Source: a virus
Length of the DNA: 64,000 bases
IMG/VR virus record: IMGVR_UViG_3300037068_000078
Location: 13,729 to 77,728 of that record
Reading direction: 5' to 3' (one strand)
This document shows, in pieces, positions 38,822 to 50,355 of the stretch. A program made the translations under genes and the position numbers. How positions within the stretch are numbered: the stretch's first letter is position 1; each line of letters begins with the position of its first letter. Below the pieces are notes generated by a model that was not told the origin of the DNA, ran no database searches, and saw only the letters and a program-made list of their open reading frames with translations.

Positions 38822-39288
38822 GAAAACTACCGAGCCAAACTGTTCTCTGCACGCTGTTCCGATATGCGCCCAAGTCCGGTGTGCTCACGCGGTGGGATGG
38901 CCGCACCTGCGGCAAGAAGGTGTCGATCAAGAATGCCGACTACTGGGCCACGCGCGTGGTGTGGAAGATGCAGACAGGCAGCGACCCGCGCGTGGTGGTG
39001 CCGCGCGATGGCGACCCGAGCAACCTGCGCTGGTCCAACCTGATGGAAACCAGCCACAGCGGGCACCGGGTGCGGGGCGCGGCACACAGTACCAGCAAGA
39101 CCGGCCTGCGGGGCGTGTATAAGGTGGGTGCCCGGACCTACCGGGCTCAGGTGTGGTGGCGGGGCCGCAAGCTACACTTGGGCACCTTTCCGTCCGGGGT
39201 GGCAGCTGTGGCGGCCCGCAAGACGGCCCTGGCGCGACTTATGGCGGGCAAACCGGCTCTCACAGCTGCCAAGATAAGGTCGCGTTAA
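38818..39288 (+). CDS. HNH-AP2 homing endonuclease-like protein, degenerate HNH
   Basis: RDGDPSNLRWSNL then S.TG.RGVY, Y.AQ, HLGTF....A..AR. Confidence 0.7.
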   Translation: MRKLPSQTVLCTLFRYAPKSGVLTRWDGRTCGKKVSIKNADYWATRVVWKMQTGSDPRVVVPRDGDPSNLRWSNLMETSHSGHRVRGAAHSTSKTGLRGVYKVGARTYRAQVWWRGRKLHLGTFPSGVAAVAARKTALARLMAGKPALTAAKIRSR

Positions 39289-39315
39289 CCAGCTGGGGCC
39301 AGTCTCAAAATAGTC

Positions 39316-39346
39316 CTTGCGCCCCGGCAAGAACCGCCACTATAGT
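39316..39346 (+). promoter_or_regulatory. Candidate sigma70-type promoter for the accessory region
   Basis: TTGCGC-N18-TATAGT, each preceded by C as in alphaproteobacterial CTTG...CTATA promoters. Confidence 0.5.
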
Positions 39347-40785
39347 ATGAGCGTGATTTGGTAGTGCTTAAGGCAACGGTCTCATTAGCCGCGAAGCCCC
39401 ACTCCAGATCATCCGACGCGGTACACGTACTAGCGCCCGGTGCTGGCAACAGCACCCGCCCCGTACTTACACTGCGCCACGCGCCAGCCAAAAGGGCAGC
39501 GGGTTCTCCATACCCCAAGGCAGCGCACGGTGCGGTACAGTCTCTCCTCCGGCATACGCCTAACGGCAGCCGCACATCCGGAGAGGCGCAGGGGCTAAGG
39601 CACAGCTAGGCACGGGGTGGATTCCGGCGGGCTGCGGTGCAAACGCGGCGGGTTACAAATTTTAAACAGGCAAAAGTTTATGCGCCGCGCGGCACCAGCT
39701 GCGCGGCGCATTGCCGTTTGCCTAGCAAGCGTAACGCGGGCCGCATGGTGCGGCCTGCACAACAGCAAGTGGAGAACGACATGATGTACGACCAGAAGAA
39801 GGCGCTGCGGTTGCTGGCGCGCTGCACGATGCGTGATTTCACCAAGACCGACTGGTACGGGTTCGCCGGTTGCGAGACCAAGGACCCCATGATCGGAGAA
39901 GTTGACGAGCACACACTGATACTCGACGGCGACGTGCTGCTGGTGCTGGACAAGCAAGACCTGGAGGGCGGCACCGAGGGCGTCACCTTCAAGCTGAAGA
40001 TCAACAGCTACTGAGATGCGCATCCTCCGCACAACGAAAGCGCTGCGAGCCCTCGCAGCGTTCACCGCGTGGAAGCTCACGCTCCTCACCATTGTACCAG
40101 CACTGGCAAACTAGGAGATCGCAAATGAAGTTTCGCAAGGTTGGGCGCGCACCGCGTGCCACACGCAAGCAAATGGGTCTAGCACCTGTAGCCACGGTTC
40201 AGCATGTGAAGCAGGAGCTGAGCAAACTTCGCCGCCTGCGCACACTTGGTTACGCTACGCAGTACGGTCGCATCGAGGAGCTCGAGAGCTTCATCGAGAC
40301 CAATGGCGCTTCACACGGGTACTGAGGAGATCGCAATGTCCGACAAGTTCATGCAGGCATACGTCAACGGCAAGCGGCTCGCAGCACTGCGCGCCCATCC
40401 TAAGTTCGAGGCGCTGCGGCAGGACACCTTGCGCCTGCAGCGCGAGGCGCTCGACAAGGCGCGCAGCGCCATCACCAAGGTTGAACCCAAGCAACGTGAC
40501 CTGAGGAGGGAACCATGAGGCAGCTAGGCAAGGCAGTCGGCATCCTATTGGCGTTTGACCGGTTGAGCGATGCACAGTTCGAAGACTTGCACGCGTTCCA
40601 CGCGCCGAGTGAATGCTACGGCGACGTTGAGCACGGTTTGCGCCGTCGCTTCCGCACTGTGCGGCGACACGCCTGCCACGTGGCGGGCTGCAAGAACCTC
40701 GCGCAGCTGCGCAGGGCAGTCATCAAGGTGTGTCCCACGTGGGACCGCTACAATCACCACCGTCTCGGCATCAGCGTTATCTAAG

Positions 40786-40838
40786 AGTTCATCGACGAGC
40801 GCCGTTGCGTGCGGCGCTCCACGATGCACTTACGCATC
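40786..40838 (+). repeat. 53-bp intergenic hairpin repeat, copy 1
   Basis: Identical to 41525-41577. Confidence 0.95.
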
Positions 40839-41524
40839 TCAACCGCAAACTGGAGTTCACAACATGGCTCGCAAGCGCTTCGCATTCGACGTCAAGGCCG
40901 CGATCAAGGCAGCGTGGGACTACTGCTGGGCAAACAACATCAAGACCCGCGCCAACGGGGACCACTACCGCCCGTCGACGACCTACTACCTCACCTCCTC
41001 AGACATCGAGGCGCAGGTGCGGCGCTTCGCCGAGGAGACCGCAGCTGGTAAGCAGTGGGGCAGCACGGGCCGCGCCTACGGCAAGGGATACTCGACCGTG
41101 CGGCTCTCGGGCAACCTGCTCGGTGCGGTGCGCGACTGGCTGCATGAGGAGTGCTACAGGGGGCGCATCGTTGCCCACAACTTCGGCAAGGGGCACATCT
41201 CCGGGCAGCGCTACCGCCCAGCTGGCGAGCCGGTGAGCGAAGTCGAGCAGCGCACGTTCGACGCCAAGGCCAAGCGGGCGGCCACGCCGCGCCCGGTGCA
41301 CCTCTACTGCGGGCACGAGCAGCGCAAGCGCTTCCTGTGCGCGCAGGTGAAGAAGCCCTCGTTCCGCGTGCCGCGCTCGCAGGCACGCTGCACCAGCGAT
41401 GCTGCGAAGGTCACCTGCCCGCGCTGCATCAAGCTAATGCGCGACAAGGACGGCAAGCCAGCGGCGGGCACACCCGGCCCGCAGCTGCTCACCGACATCT
41501 TCAACAATAGCTTTGGCAGAGGCT

Positions 41525-41577
41525 AGTTCATCGACGAGCGCCGTTGCGTGCGGCGCTCCACGATGCACTTACGCATC
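41525..41577 (+). repeat. 53-bp intergenic hairpin repeat, copy 2
   Basis: Identical to 40786-40838. Confidence 0.95.
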
Positions 41578-43822
41578 AACTGCAAATGGAGGACTACATG
41601 CGTGACAAGATCAAGGTCAATGTCTACACCAATCGCGACGCCATCGAGGTTGCCTTCTCCGCGCGTTGGGTCATCTGCTCGGCATGCGAGGGATGCGCCA
41701 CCGATCGCGGCCGCAGCGTCGAGTGCGACGGCGGTGGGTTCACGTCCAGCGAGTGGGCCGAGCAAGACGACGAGTTCAAGCAGGACTACTTGGCGGGCCG
41801 CTACGACCGGCCATGCACGTACTGCAACGGCTTGGGGCGCGTGCAGGAGATCGACGAGGAGCAGGTGCAGGGCTGGCGCGAGAAGATCCTGTACAAGGAG
41901 TACTGCAGGCAGCTGCAGGACAACTACGACATCGACGCGATGCAGGCCGCAGAGCGGAGGATGGGAGCATGAACGCGTACCAACGGTTCCTCGCCGAGAT
42001 CGCTCGGTCGCACGACGGTGACATCGAGATCACCGGGATGCTGCGCTACGCCTGCGGCACGCTCGTACTGTTCAAGCGCGAGTACCGCAGCGCCAGCTTC
42101 GGCGACCAGCTGGAGCACCGCGTTGCCTTCTTCCGCGTGGAGAACAACGTGGCCCACAAGGTGTGGGACCACATCGCCTGATCAACAGCAACACGGAGTT
42201 ACAAGTCATGATCGAGAAACTTACCAAGGCACAGGAGCGCGTCAAGACGGCGCTGGCCTGCCTCATCAAGGAGAAGCATCCGGTGGCCCGCGCGGTGGAA
42301 CCGCTGCGCGAGGCCGCAGTCGAGCGCGCTGCGGAATATGCACGTGAGCAGGTGGCGGCGGTGCGCAAGGAACTGAAGGCTGCGGGCAACGACCTCAACG
42401 TGTGCGCGCCATACCCGCGCAGCGGCTCGCTGAGCAGAAACGATTGGCTCCACGCGCATCGCAAGTACACGCTCTTCGGCGCGCTGTGCAAGTGGCGCAA
42501 GTCCACGATCTCTATGAACGAGCCGCGTCTCGCGGACGTCGACCCCGAGCTAGTGAAGCGCTTCATCGACGAGGCCAAGAAGGACGCGGCCTGGGAGTAC
42601 GATGCCTTCATCGTCAAGCTGTGTCGCAAGGTCAACGAATACGGCCCGTGCAAGCGGGCGAAGGTTGCTGACGACAACACCAACGTGTGGGGTCGCAGCT
42701 ACCTCTACGTCACGCTGGCAACCGGCGAGGAGCAGGCATGGCTCACGCAGCAGATCATCAACGTCTCCAAGCTGGGACGTCCCTTTAACCAGTGGCCCAC
42801 GCGGCTCATGAAGAACCACTATGTGCCAGCTTAGCATCCTACTACTTCGCGTCCCCCCGCTCATGGCGGGGGGCTTCATCATCGCCCTCGCAATCGGGGG
42901 ATGGATCGCAGGAGGACTACAATGAAGGCTCGAAAGCAATTGGCTGCGGTGCTCGACGCCGCGCAGTACACGTCCCTGAAGGGACAGGAGGTTCGCTTCG
43001 GTCGCTACGTGGTGAAGGTGGACACCTATACCCGCAGCGGTCAGTCGGGCAGCTGGGGCACTGGCTTCAAGTTCAGCACGATGACGTACGGCGTGCTGAC
43101 CCGCAGGCACCCGGACAAGTTGGGTTGGCGCTTGTACAGCGCGAACCACGGCGCGACGTGGCACGAGCAACTCAAGATGGCCCTGCGCGCCAAGGGCAAG
43201 GTCATACTGAAGCGCGAGCGCCGCAAGGAGTTCGCGTTCGACAGCATCCAGAAAATCAACCGGGACTATTACGGTTCCAGCTACCAGTGGAGGCGGTGAT
43301 GGTTGAGGTCTACGTTGTAAGCACGATGGGCACGCTGTTCCTGGTGTCGATCGCGGTAGTCTACCTCGCTCGACGCGCGTTGTTAGAGAAGGGCTACGTG
43401 CTGGAAGAGCAAGTCAACGAGAACTGGCGCGTGCACCGCGCCCAAGTGGGAGGGATCATGAAGCAGGTATCGCAGGACAAGTGGCGCGATGGCGTCAAGT
43501 TCCTGGCGGGGCTGGGCGTTGGCCCCACGCTCACGCTTGAGGAGCAGATCGCACTGAAGAAGCGCATGCTCGATCGTGGCATGTCGGATCAGGAAGCAGC
43601 AGTGACGCTACACAGCATGGGATGGATACGCAGATGAGCAGGATCAACACCGTGCGACCCTGCCCGTGCGGCAGCGGCCTTCCCAGCGTGTGGCGCAACG
43701 ACGCGCGGGGCATCCCGCTGTGCCGCACCTGCACCAAGTGCCACGTGGAGCGCATGCGCGGTTACCGCGCCGACGTGCTGACGAACCCGGATTACGAGGC
43801 CACAGAGGCCATCGACGAGGAT

Positions 43823-44091
43823 TAGGAGCGGAGCACTCCCAAGGCGAAGCCGCTGTAACAACGGTCGCAGGTGGTTAGAAACATTTGCCCACCACACAGG
43901 ACATCGTTCCCGGCTCTGCTCCTAGTCGCCATCACGTCAAGGGTGGCGACACCATGACCAAACGGGTGAAACGGTGTAAGTTACACTGCTGCTGCGGCCC
44001 CGCGTGGCCGCTGTAGTGTGAGAGTTAGTCCTCCCACTCTGCGCTTCGTGTGTGTATTTTCACGAAGCGCAGCAGGGAGCACTTCCGCTCC
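43823..44091 (+). ncRNA. Candidate structured RNA / leader
   Basis: Several hairpins inside a 5'/3' closing helix. Confidence 0.45.
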
Positions 44092-44111
44092 TTTTAGAAA
44101 AGAGGAATACC

Positions 44112-44351
44112 ATGGCTACCAAGAAGACTGCAGCGTCTCGCCGGGTCAGCAACGATGTCAAGATCACCGTCGTGAAGAAGGAGAACCCCTTCGTCGACGG
44201 CACGCACCGCGCCAAGATGGCGAAGTACGTGCTGACGCACAACGGCAAGACCTACGGCGAGTTGAAGGACGCGTCGAAGGGGCTGGTCGACAGCTGGATC
44301 ATCCGCCAGCTGGCTGACCGCAAGCTCATCAAGGTAAGGACCGCAGCCTAA
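44112..44351 (+). CDS. Small basic protein, paralogue 1 of the NPF..GT...GLVD.W.IRQ family
   Basis: Clear similarity to C-termini of 46703-47326 and 53653-54291. Confidence 0.8.
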   Translation: MATKKTAASRRVSNDVKITVVKKENPFVDGTHRAKMAKYVLTHNGKTYGELKDASKGLVDSWIIRQLADRKLIKVRTAA

Positions 44352-44508
44352 CGTCCCGCATTCCCAATCCATCACCTGATTGTGTAATGCGTAGGCGCTA
44401 GACTGGGGGCGGGACGGCGCGGCAATTTCGTGCGGCGTTGTGGACACGCTGGATCGCGCGGAGTTCGCGTCGTCCCTGCTTACCCTTTACCCACTGGAGA
44501 ATGAACCA

Positions 44509-45516
44509 ATGACCGCAGATGTTGATCCGAAATTGATAAGCCGCGTGCGCAAGCTGCTCGCCATGGCGAACGGCGCTGGTGCCTCGCAGGCCGAGGCGGA
44601 GTTCGCCGCTGAGCGTGCACGCGAGATGATGGCCGAGCACGGCATGACCATTGCCACCCTGGAGGCGGGCGGCGGGCAGGGCGAGGGCCGCGCCAAGAGG
44701 AAGACCACCGGGCTCTCGGTGAAGGAGTGGCAGCGCGGTATCATGTATGCGCTGGCCCAGCAGAGCTTCGTGACCGCGTTCTACGAGGACCGCAGGGACC
44801 GCACGGGCGGCCACTGGGATCTCATCGGCCGCGAGAGCGCGGTGGTGACGTGCCAGCTGATGCACGTGTACCTAGTGAAGACCGTGCTGCGCACCACCCG
44901 CGAGACCTACGGTGGCAAGTACGACGAAGTCTTCATGAAGGCCATGGGCGAGCGCATTGCCGAGCGCATCGAGGAGCGGCACGATGCCGCCATGTATGCG
45001 CAGAAGCAGGAGGCCGCAGCGCGACAGGCGCACGCTAACTCACACCCTGGCACCAATGCACTGGTGGTCGTGCTGGAGGACTTCGCGGCGAAGGAGGCGG
45101 ACCTCAACAATGACCTAGCGAACGGCTGGGCACCGGGCACCACGGCGCGCAGGCGCGAGGAGGAGCTACGCGAGCAGGAGGCACAGGCCGCCAAGAAACA
45201 GAAGCGCCGCGAGGAGCTACGTGCGGCGGGTCTCGAGCACGACGTCGTCGAGCTCATGCTGTACGGCTACAGCGAGCAGCAAGCGCTCAAGATACTGCGA
45301 GCGTCGGAGGAGCCCAAGGAGACGGAGGAGGAACGTGCCAAGCGCAAGGCACGTGCGGAGCGCGAGCGCCGCATATACGAGGAGCGCGAGGACAGGAGAC
45401 GCGAGCGTGCGGCACGTTTGTATAACTCGTCCAGCTTCAGGGCTGGGCGGGCTGCGGGCGATAACGTGGGGCTGGATACCCAAGTGAACCAGCGCGAAGT
45501 GAAGAAGTTGACCTGA
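44509..45516 (+). CDS. DUF2786-domain protein
   Basis: KL..RVRKLLAMA......EAE.A..RA..MM..HG; C-terminal G..AG..V.L..QV. Confidence 0.8.
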   Translation: MTADVDPKLISRVRKLLAMANGAGASQAEAEFAAERAREMMAEHGMTIATLEAGGGQGEGRAKRKTTGLSVKEWQRGIMYALAQQSFVTAFYEDRRDRTGGHWDLIGRESAVVTCQLMHVYLVKTVLRTTRETYGGKYDEVFMKAMGERIAERIEERHDAAMYAQKQEAAARQAHANSHPGTNALVVVLEDFAAKEADLNNDLANGWAPGTTARRREEELREQEAQAAKKQKRREELRAAGLEHDVVELMLYGYSEQQALKILRASEEPKETEEERAKRKARAERERRIYEEREDRRRERAARLYNSSSFRAGRAAGDNVGLDTQVNQREVKKLT

Positions 45517-45570
45517 GTTGCGTGCGTAACTGAACCATCCAACAGCAAACAAAACTGGGAGCATATCGAA

Positions 45571-46706
45571 ATGTGCTATCAATACGACGTCACCATAGCA
45601 GGCACCAAGAACTCCGAACCCGAGCGCATGGTCATCATCGTGCACGCCATGACCAAGGACGGTGCGCGCGACGAGGCACTGGACGAGGCCGCCAAGTACG
45701 GCGTCACCAGCTGCAACATCCACAAGATCGTGAACCGTGGCATCAGCAACGGGTTCCAGTGGCTACCTGCCAAGCAACACAGCTACGAGGACAAGAAGCT
45801 GCGCGCCAAGCAACCGCGCACGACGGGCAAGAAGGCGCGCAAGGCCGCGCTGACGGTGTCGTGATGCACACGTGGTTCAGCATGGTCCTGCCGCCCAAGC
45901 GCCGCAAGCGCAGGCGCGGCAGGCACATGGCGCACAAGGAGACGCGGCGGGCAGAGGCCCGTCGCAGTGCGCGCTACTACAATCGCCGCGTGAAGATGCA
46001 CTGGCTGCTCAGCGAGGGCGACCAATGTGGGTAAAGATCACAGGTAGTCCAAGCGTGGGCCTGGAGGCTCAGCACTTGCTGCGCTGGCACGGCAGGCCAG
46101 TGGCGACGATCAAGCGCCGCGCCCACGCTTGGGAGTGCTCCCTTTTGGAGCTATCATGTCTAGGTGCCCGACCAGTCGAGCACCCGCTTTCACACTCGTT
46201 GAGCGAAGTGCAGCAATTGTGCGAACACGCGCTAACGGCAATGGGCTGGAGCCCGGTGGAGTTACGCCATGGATGAGAAGGCTTTCAAGGCACGCGAGGA
46301 GCACTATCGCGAGCGCATGCGTAAGGCAGGCTACAAGGTGACGGATGAGGACATGACCTACATCCGAGAGCTCGAGGAGCGCATCGGCCCCGACCCGTTC
46401 ATGCGCGTGCAGACTAGCTTGGTGATGGGCATGATGTCCATCGCTCTCGCCAAGAAGCGCGCGATGGTGAGCGACGATGTGCTGTTGGACATCGCGGGCA
46501 AGCTGGCGGCGGATGCCATGCTGCGCATACTCATGGACGCAGTGGTGGGTGTGCTCAAGGTCGTGAAAGAGCACAAAGACGATGGTGCCACGATAGAGAA
46601 CGTGCTCGCGGCCAACTATCTGCAGTGGCACCGCGAGCAGCAAGCAGAGAACGTGCACCTGCAGAACATGCTCATCCTCATCTGCCCGGAGGAGATCAAG
46701 GAATGA
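45571..46706 (+). other. Small hypothetical CDSs (including 45571-45864 and 46269-46706)
   Basis: Coupled ORFs with RBSs. Confidence 0.55.
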
Positions 46707-47326
46707 GCGAGAAGATCAATTGGGTGAACGTGCGCGCCCTGCAGATCGAGGGCATGCACGGCGGCCACATGCTGCGCATCAAGCAATCGGTGGGCGCACC
46801 CAACGGCCCCGGTGCGTTCTGGTACTGCTACCGCAACGGGCAGTATCTCGGCATCGAGCACACGCTGGAGCTCGCAAAGGAGCGGTCCATGTCGGGCCGC
46901 ATGCGGATGCCAGCCAGTGAGCTTGAGGAATGCCTGCAGCGCTACGGCAAGGATCTTCCCCCCGGCCTCCTGGCCTCGGAGAAGGCGCGCTTGGCCGAGT
47001 GGAAGAAGAACCCCGCCAGCAAGGCTCCCAAGAAGGTGCCCGAGGTGAGCGGGGGGAAGGAGAAGGTACAGGCTGCGAAGCCAGCTGCACCAGCGCCACA
47101 GGCCAAGCCGGGTGTGGTGAAGACGCGGTCGATCGACGGGCAAACCGTGGTCGTGAAGTCCCGGACCAACCCCTTCACCAAGGGGACGGACCGGGCGAAG
47201 AAGATAGGCTACGTGCTGGACCGCGACGGTCACACGGTGGGCCAGCTTAAGAAGGAGAGCGAGGGGCTCGTCGATGGCTGGACCATACGCCAGTGCATCG
47301 AGCGCGGGCTCGTCGAGCTCAAGTGA
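46703..47326 (+). CDS. Paralogue 2 of the NPF..GT...GLVD.W.IRQ family with extra N-terminal domain
   Basis: NPFTKGTDRAKK..YVL...G.T.G.LK..S.GLVDGWTIRQ. Confidence 0.8.
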   Translation: MSEKINWVNVRALQIEGMHGGHMLRIKQSVGAPNGPGAFWYCYRNGQYLGIEHTLELAKERSMSGRMRMPASELEECLQRYGKDLPPGLLASEKARLAEWKKNPASKAPKKVPEVSGGKEKVQAAKPAAPAPQAKPGVVKTRSIDGQTVVVKSRTNPFTKGTDRAKKIGYVLDRDGHTVGQLKKESEGLVDGWTIRQCIERGLVELK

Positions 47327-47654
47327 TCGCCGTAGTAGCCTACGACGATGAGGCAAGGTCGGTGACCGTCGGAGTTGACGGCCGCCGTTATGAGTACGGG
47401 TTGGGAGACGCGTACCACGTGGCTCGGGCCGAGCTACACAAGCTGAGGCGTGCCCCTGGGCGACAGCTGAACTGGCTGAAGCGCAGGGGCAGGCTCATGG
47501 GGAAGTGGGGAACAAATGGAGAAGCGAACGTCTTGGGTTGATCTTACGTTCTGGTTGATTATCATACTGGTGCTGGCGAACGCAGTGTCCGTCAGCACCG
47601 TCATTTCACTTAGCCTGTTCATGGACAGGCAGCAAACAATGGAGGAAGTTAGTA

Positions 47655-48341
47655 ATGAGTGATGGAGCAATCATCTTGCTTGCGCTGTTCGCCCTGCCCA
47701 CGGCGATAGCTGTTATGCGTGGGCACCAAAGCGTGCTGGCTATCGCGTTCATCAACGCGTTCGGCTTCGTGCTCTCGCTTTACTTCACGCCGCTGGCGGG
47801 GCTGGCGGGCTGGCTGATTGCTATGGTGTGGGCGCTCGCAGCCGTGCGGCGTCGGCGCAGGCTGAGCGCCCTGCAGCGGTGGGAGGGCAAGCGCGTGGTG
47901 ATCTGGTTCGCGTTGATGATGGTGCTGACCGGGGCCTCTCAAGCGTGGGCGGCAGCACCTGGATATGAACTCGACTGTGACGCCCCTAGCGTCATGATTG
48001 GTGACGATACCCGTGACGACCCGGTAATTGGTGTGCGCATATTCTACACGCCAGATGAACACGCGTGGCGCGTTCTGCACGTGATGTCCACCGGGCTCAT
48101 CGTCTCGCGTGGTGCGCAGTACGGCATCATGGACGCCACCAACGACCATCGCGTGCAGTGGCAGGGCGCGTTGATACGCAAGCCGAGCATCTACATGATC
48201 GGCGAGCTACAGCGCGGCAAGGACGGCGGTGTCTCGTACATGGAGTGGATCTATGACCGCGCTAAGAACAACGCGCTCGTCATGCAGTCCATCGCCAAGT
48301 GCTTCAAGCCGACCCCGCCGCTGCCACGACCTACGATGTGA
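47655..48341 (+). CDS. Superinfection immunity (T4 Imm-like) domain fused to an exported-type domain
   Basis: LPT.IA..R.H....AI...N........GW..A.VWAL, then a further hydrophobic helix ending AWA and a soluble domain. Confidence 0.6.
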   Translation: MSDGAIILLALFALPTAIAVMRGHQSVLAIAFINAFGFVLSLYFTPLAGLAGWLIAMVWALAAVRRRRRLSALQRWEGKRVVIWFALMMVLTGASQAWAAAPGYELDCDAPSVMIGDDTRDDPVIGVRIFYTPDEHAWRVLHVMSTGLIVSRGAQYGIMDATNDHRVQWQGALIRKPSIYMIGELQRGKDGGVSYMEWIYDRAKNNALVMQSIAKCFKPTPPLPRPTM

Positions 48342-48351
48342 GGAACCAGTG

Positions 48352-50004
48352 ATGAGAGAAATGCGGGAGCCGACAGTCACCATCAATGGCAAGGAGTTAA
48401 CCAGCGCGCAGGCACTAACACTGCGCGTTGGCCTCAACATCTTTCTCATGGGCCTCAAGGAGCTTCAGCTCGGTGGCACGCTCGAGAACGGGTATCGTCA
48501 ACGTGGCATCGAGGTGCTCACGATGATGCTCGAGACACCGCAGGAGTTGGGCAGCCATGGATGAAGTATTCCAGTGGGTCATCTTCGCGTTGCTGGTGCT
48601 GTTCGTCGTGAGCGCGGTAGGCGTGCACGTTGCACAGCGGATCAAGCGCAGGCAGCCCTGATGCCCAAGTTCCACGTGGGGCAGGAGGTCGTCTGCATCA
48701 ACGACGACTTCTCTAAGATGCTCAAGATGTACAGCCTGCTCAACCTGCCCGGCTTCAACCTGCCGCGCAGGGGCAACCTGTACGTGGTGCGCGACTACGT
48801 GATACACGGCAAGTTCCCGGCGATCGTGGTCATGGAGTTGCACAACCCCATCATCCCGTACATGGATGACATCTGGCGTGAGGCTGGCTTCTGGGATGAG
48901 CGCTTCGAGCCGCGCACCAAGCGCACAGTAAACGAGATGCTAACCAAGGCGCTGAGCGCGCCGTGGCAAGATCCATACTTCGACGAAGCCGATCCAATGG
49001 TGGATCCGGTGCATCAAGGAGAAGATGCGTGACAAAAATGTACAAGGTAGTATTCATCGGCAACGAGCGGCAGCGCGATGATTTCGTGGAGCTATTCGGT
49101 GATGAGATCAAGCGCTACACAATTGAGCGCGTGGACGACGGCCCCATCGACAGTAGCAAGCCCATCAAGATCGTGAACGGTCACGCGACTGCAATGCCCC
49201 CGGCCAAGCGGCGCAAGAAGCGCAGGATCTCGTCGTCGCAGAACGGCCCGGCCCGCGACCAGTTGCTCCGCTACATGCAGAACAACAGCGGCAGCATCAC
49301 CAGTGCGGCAGCTGGCAAGTTCATGTCCAGGATCAACCTGAAGCCGAACGGCGGTAGCGCGCGGCTGGCTGATCTCTGCCTCCTGGGGATGGTGGAATAC
49401 AACGAGCAGTCCGAGGTCTATACTCTGACGGAGCTCGGCAAGACCACGGAGAAGACCCCGAACCCGGTGTACAAGAGGGCAGGGCAATGACCAAGCAACT
49501 CCCCAACCCGTTCGACCCCACAGACGAAGGCCGCTTCGAGTTTGACGCGGTGGCGTTCGTCCAGGCGCTTGAGGAGGCGCTCGTCATCGAGACGGAGCTC
49601 ATGGCACTGCGCGGCCTGCGCACTAGCAAGTCCGCACAGCTGGACGCCATCGAGGACCTCCGGAGGCTGGCCTCGTGACCAGCACCACACAGTGGAGGAA
49701 ACTTGCCGTGGTGGTGGAGATACCAGTGCGCGGCAAGGCCAGCGAGAACGACTTGGTGTACGCCGTGCGAGCGGCCATTAGCGATGCCAAGCTGCACCAG
49801 ACGCTCAAGCTGCGTCGCGTGGTGCAGACTGGCACGACGCAGGTGAAGGCCCTGGGGCGCGTGCTCCAGGGCCGCAACAAGGCCGAGCCCAACGGCGACA
49901 TCAAGGCCATACGGCTCGCACTCAAGGAGATCAGTGTGCGCGTCTCGCGGCTGGAAACAGCAACCAACCCACACAGAGGGAGCCCAGCTGGTGACTTCGA
50001 CTAA
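48352..50004 (+). other. Small hypothetical CDSs (48352-48564, 48661-49032, 49029-49490, 49487-49678, 49675-50004)
   Basis: Coupled ORFs; 49029-49490 ends in a winged-helix-like segment (L..L...G.V......YTLTE.G). Confidence 0.55.
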
Positions 50005-50355
50005 CAAGAAGAAACGCAGGCCGCAGCGGCACGAGCCACCCGTCAACCAAGTGCCACCGTACAACGGCCTGTGCTGCGGCGGCCCGTACGACGGACAGCC
50101 GATGGCATCCTTACGCCTGCGCAAGCCGATGACGCTTGCGGTGCTGGGGCGCATAGTGGGGTCCGGCGAGTACGTGCTCACCTGGGGCGTCGTGTGGCTG
50201 TGGAAGAAGACGCCATGACCACGCGCACAACCATCTTCACCATATTAGCCGTCGCCGCACTGTTGTTCGTGCTCTCCCGCGTGGGCAAGCACGAGCACAG
50301 GTGCATCACCGTCGCCGACGCCATGCAGGTGGCTGGCAACTGCAGGAGAAATTGA

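Larger units (their letters stand above)
39781..43825 (+). other. Cluster of small accessory CDSs (39781-40014, 40125-40325, 40336-40518, 40515-40784, 40864-41526, 41598-41972, 41969-42181, 42208-42834, 42922-43299, 43299-43637, 43634-43825)
   Basis: Strong GGAG RBSs and coupling; 41598-41972 has DnaJ-like CxxCxG motifs. Confidence 0.65.
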
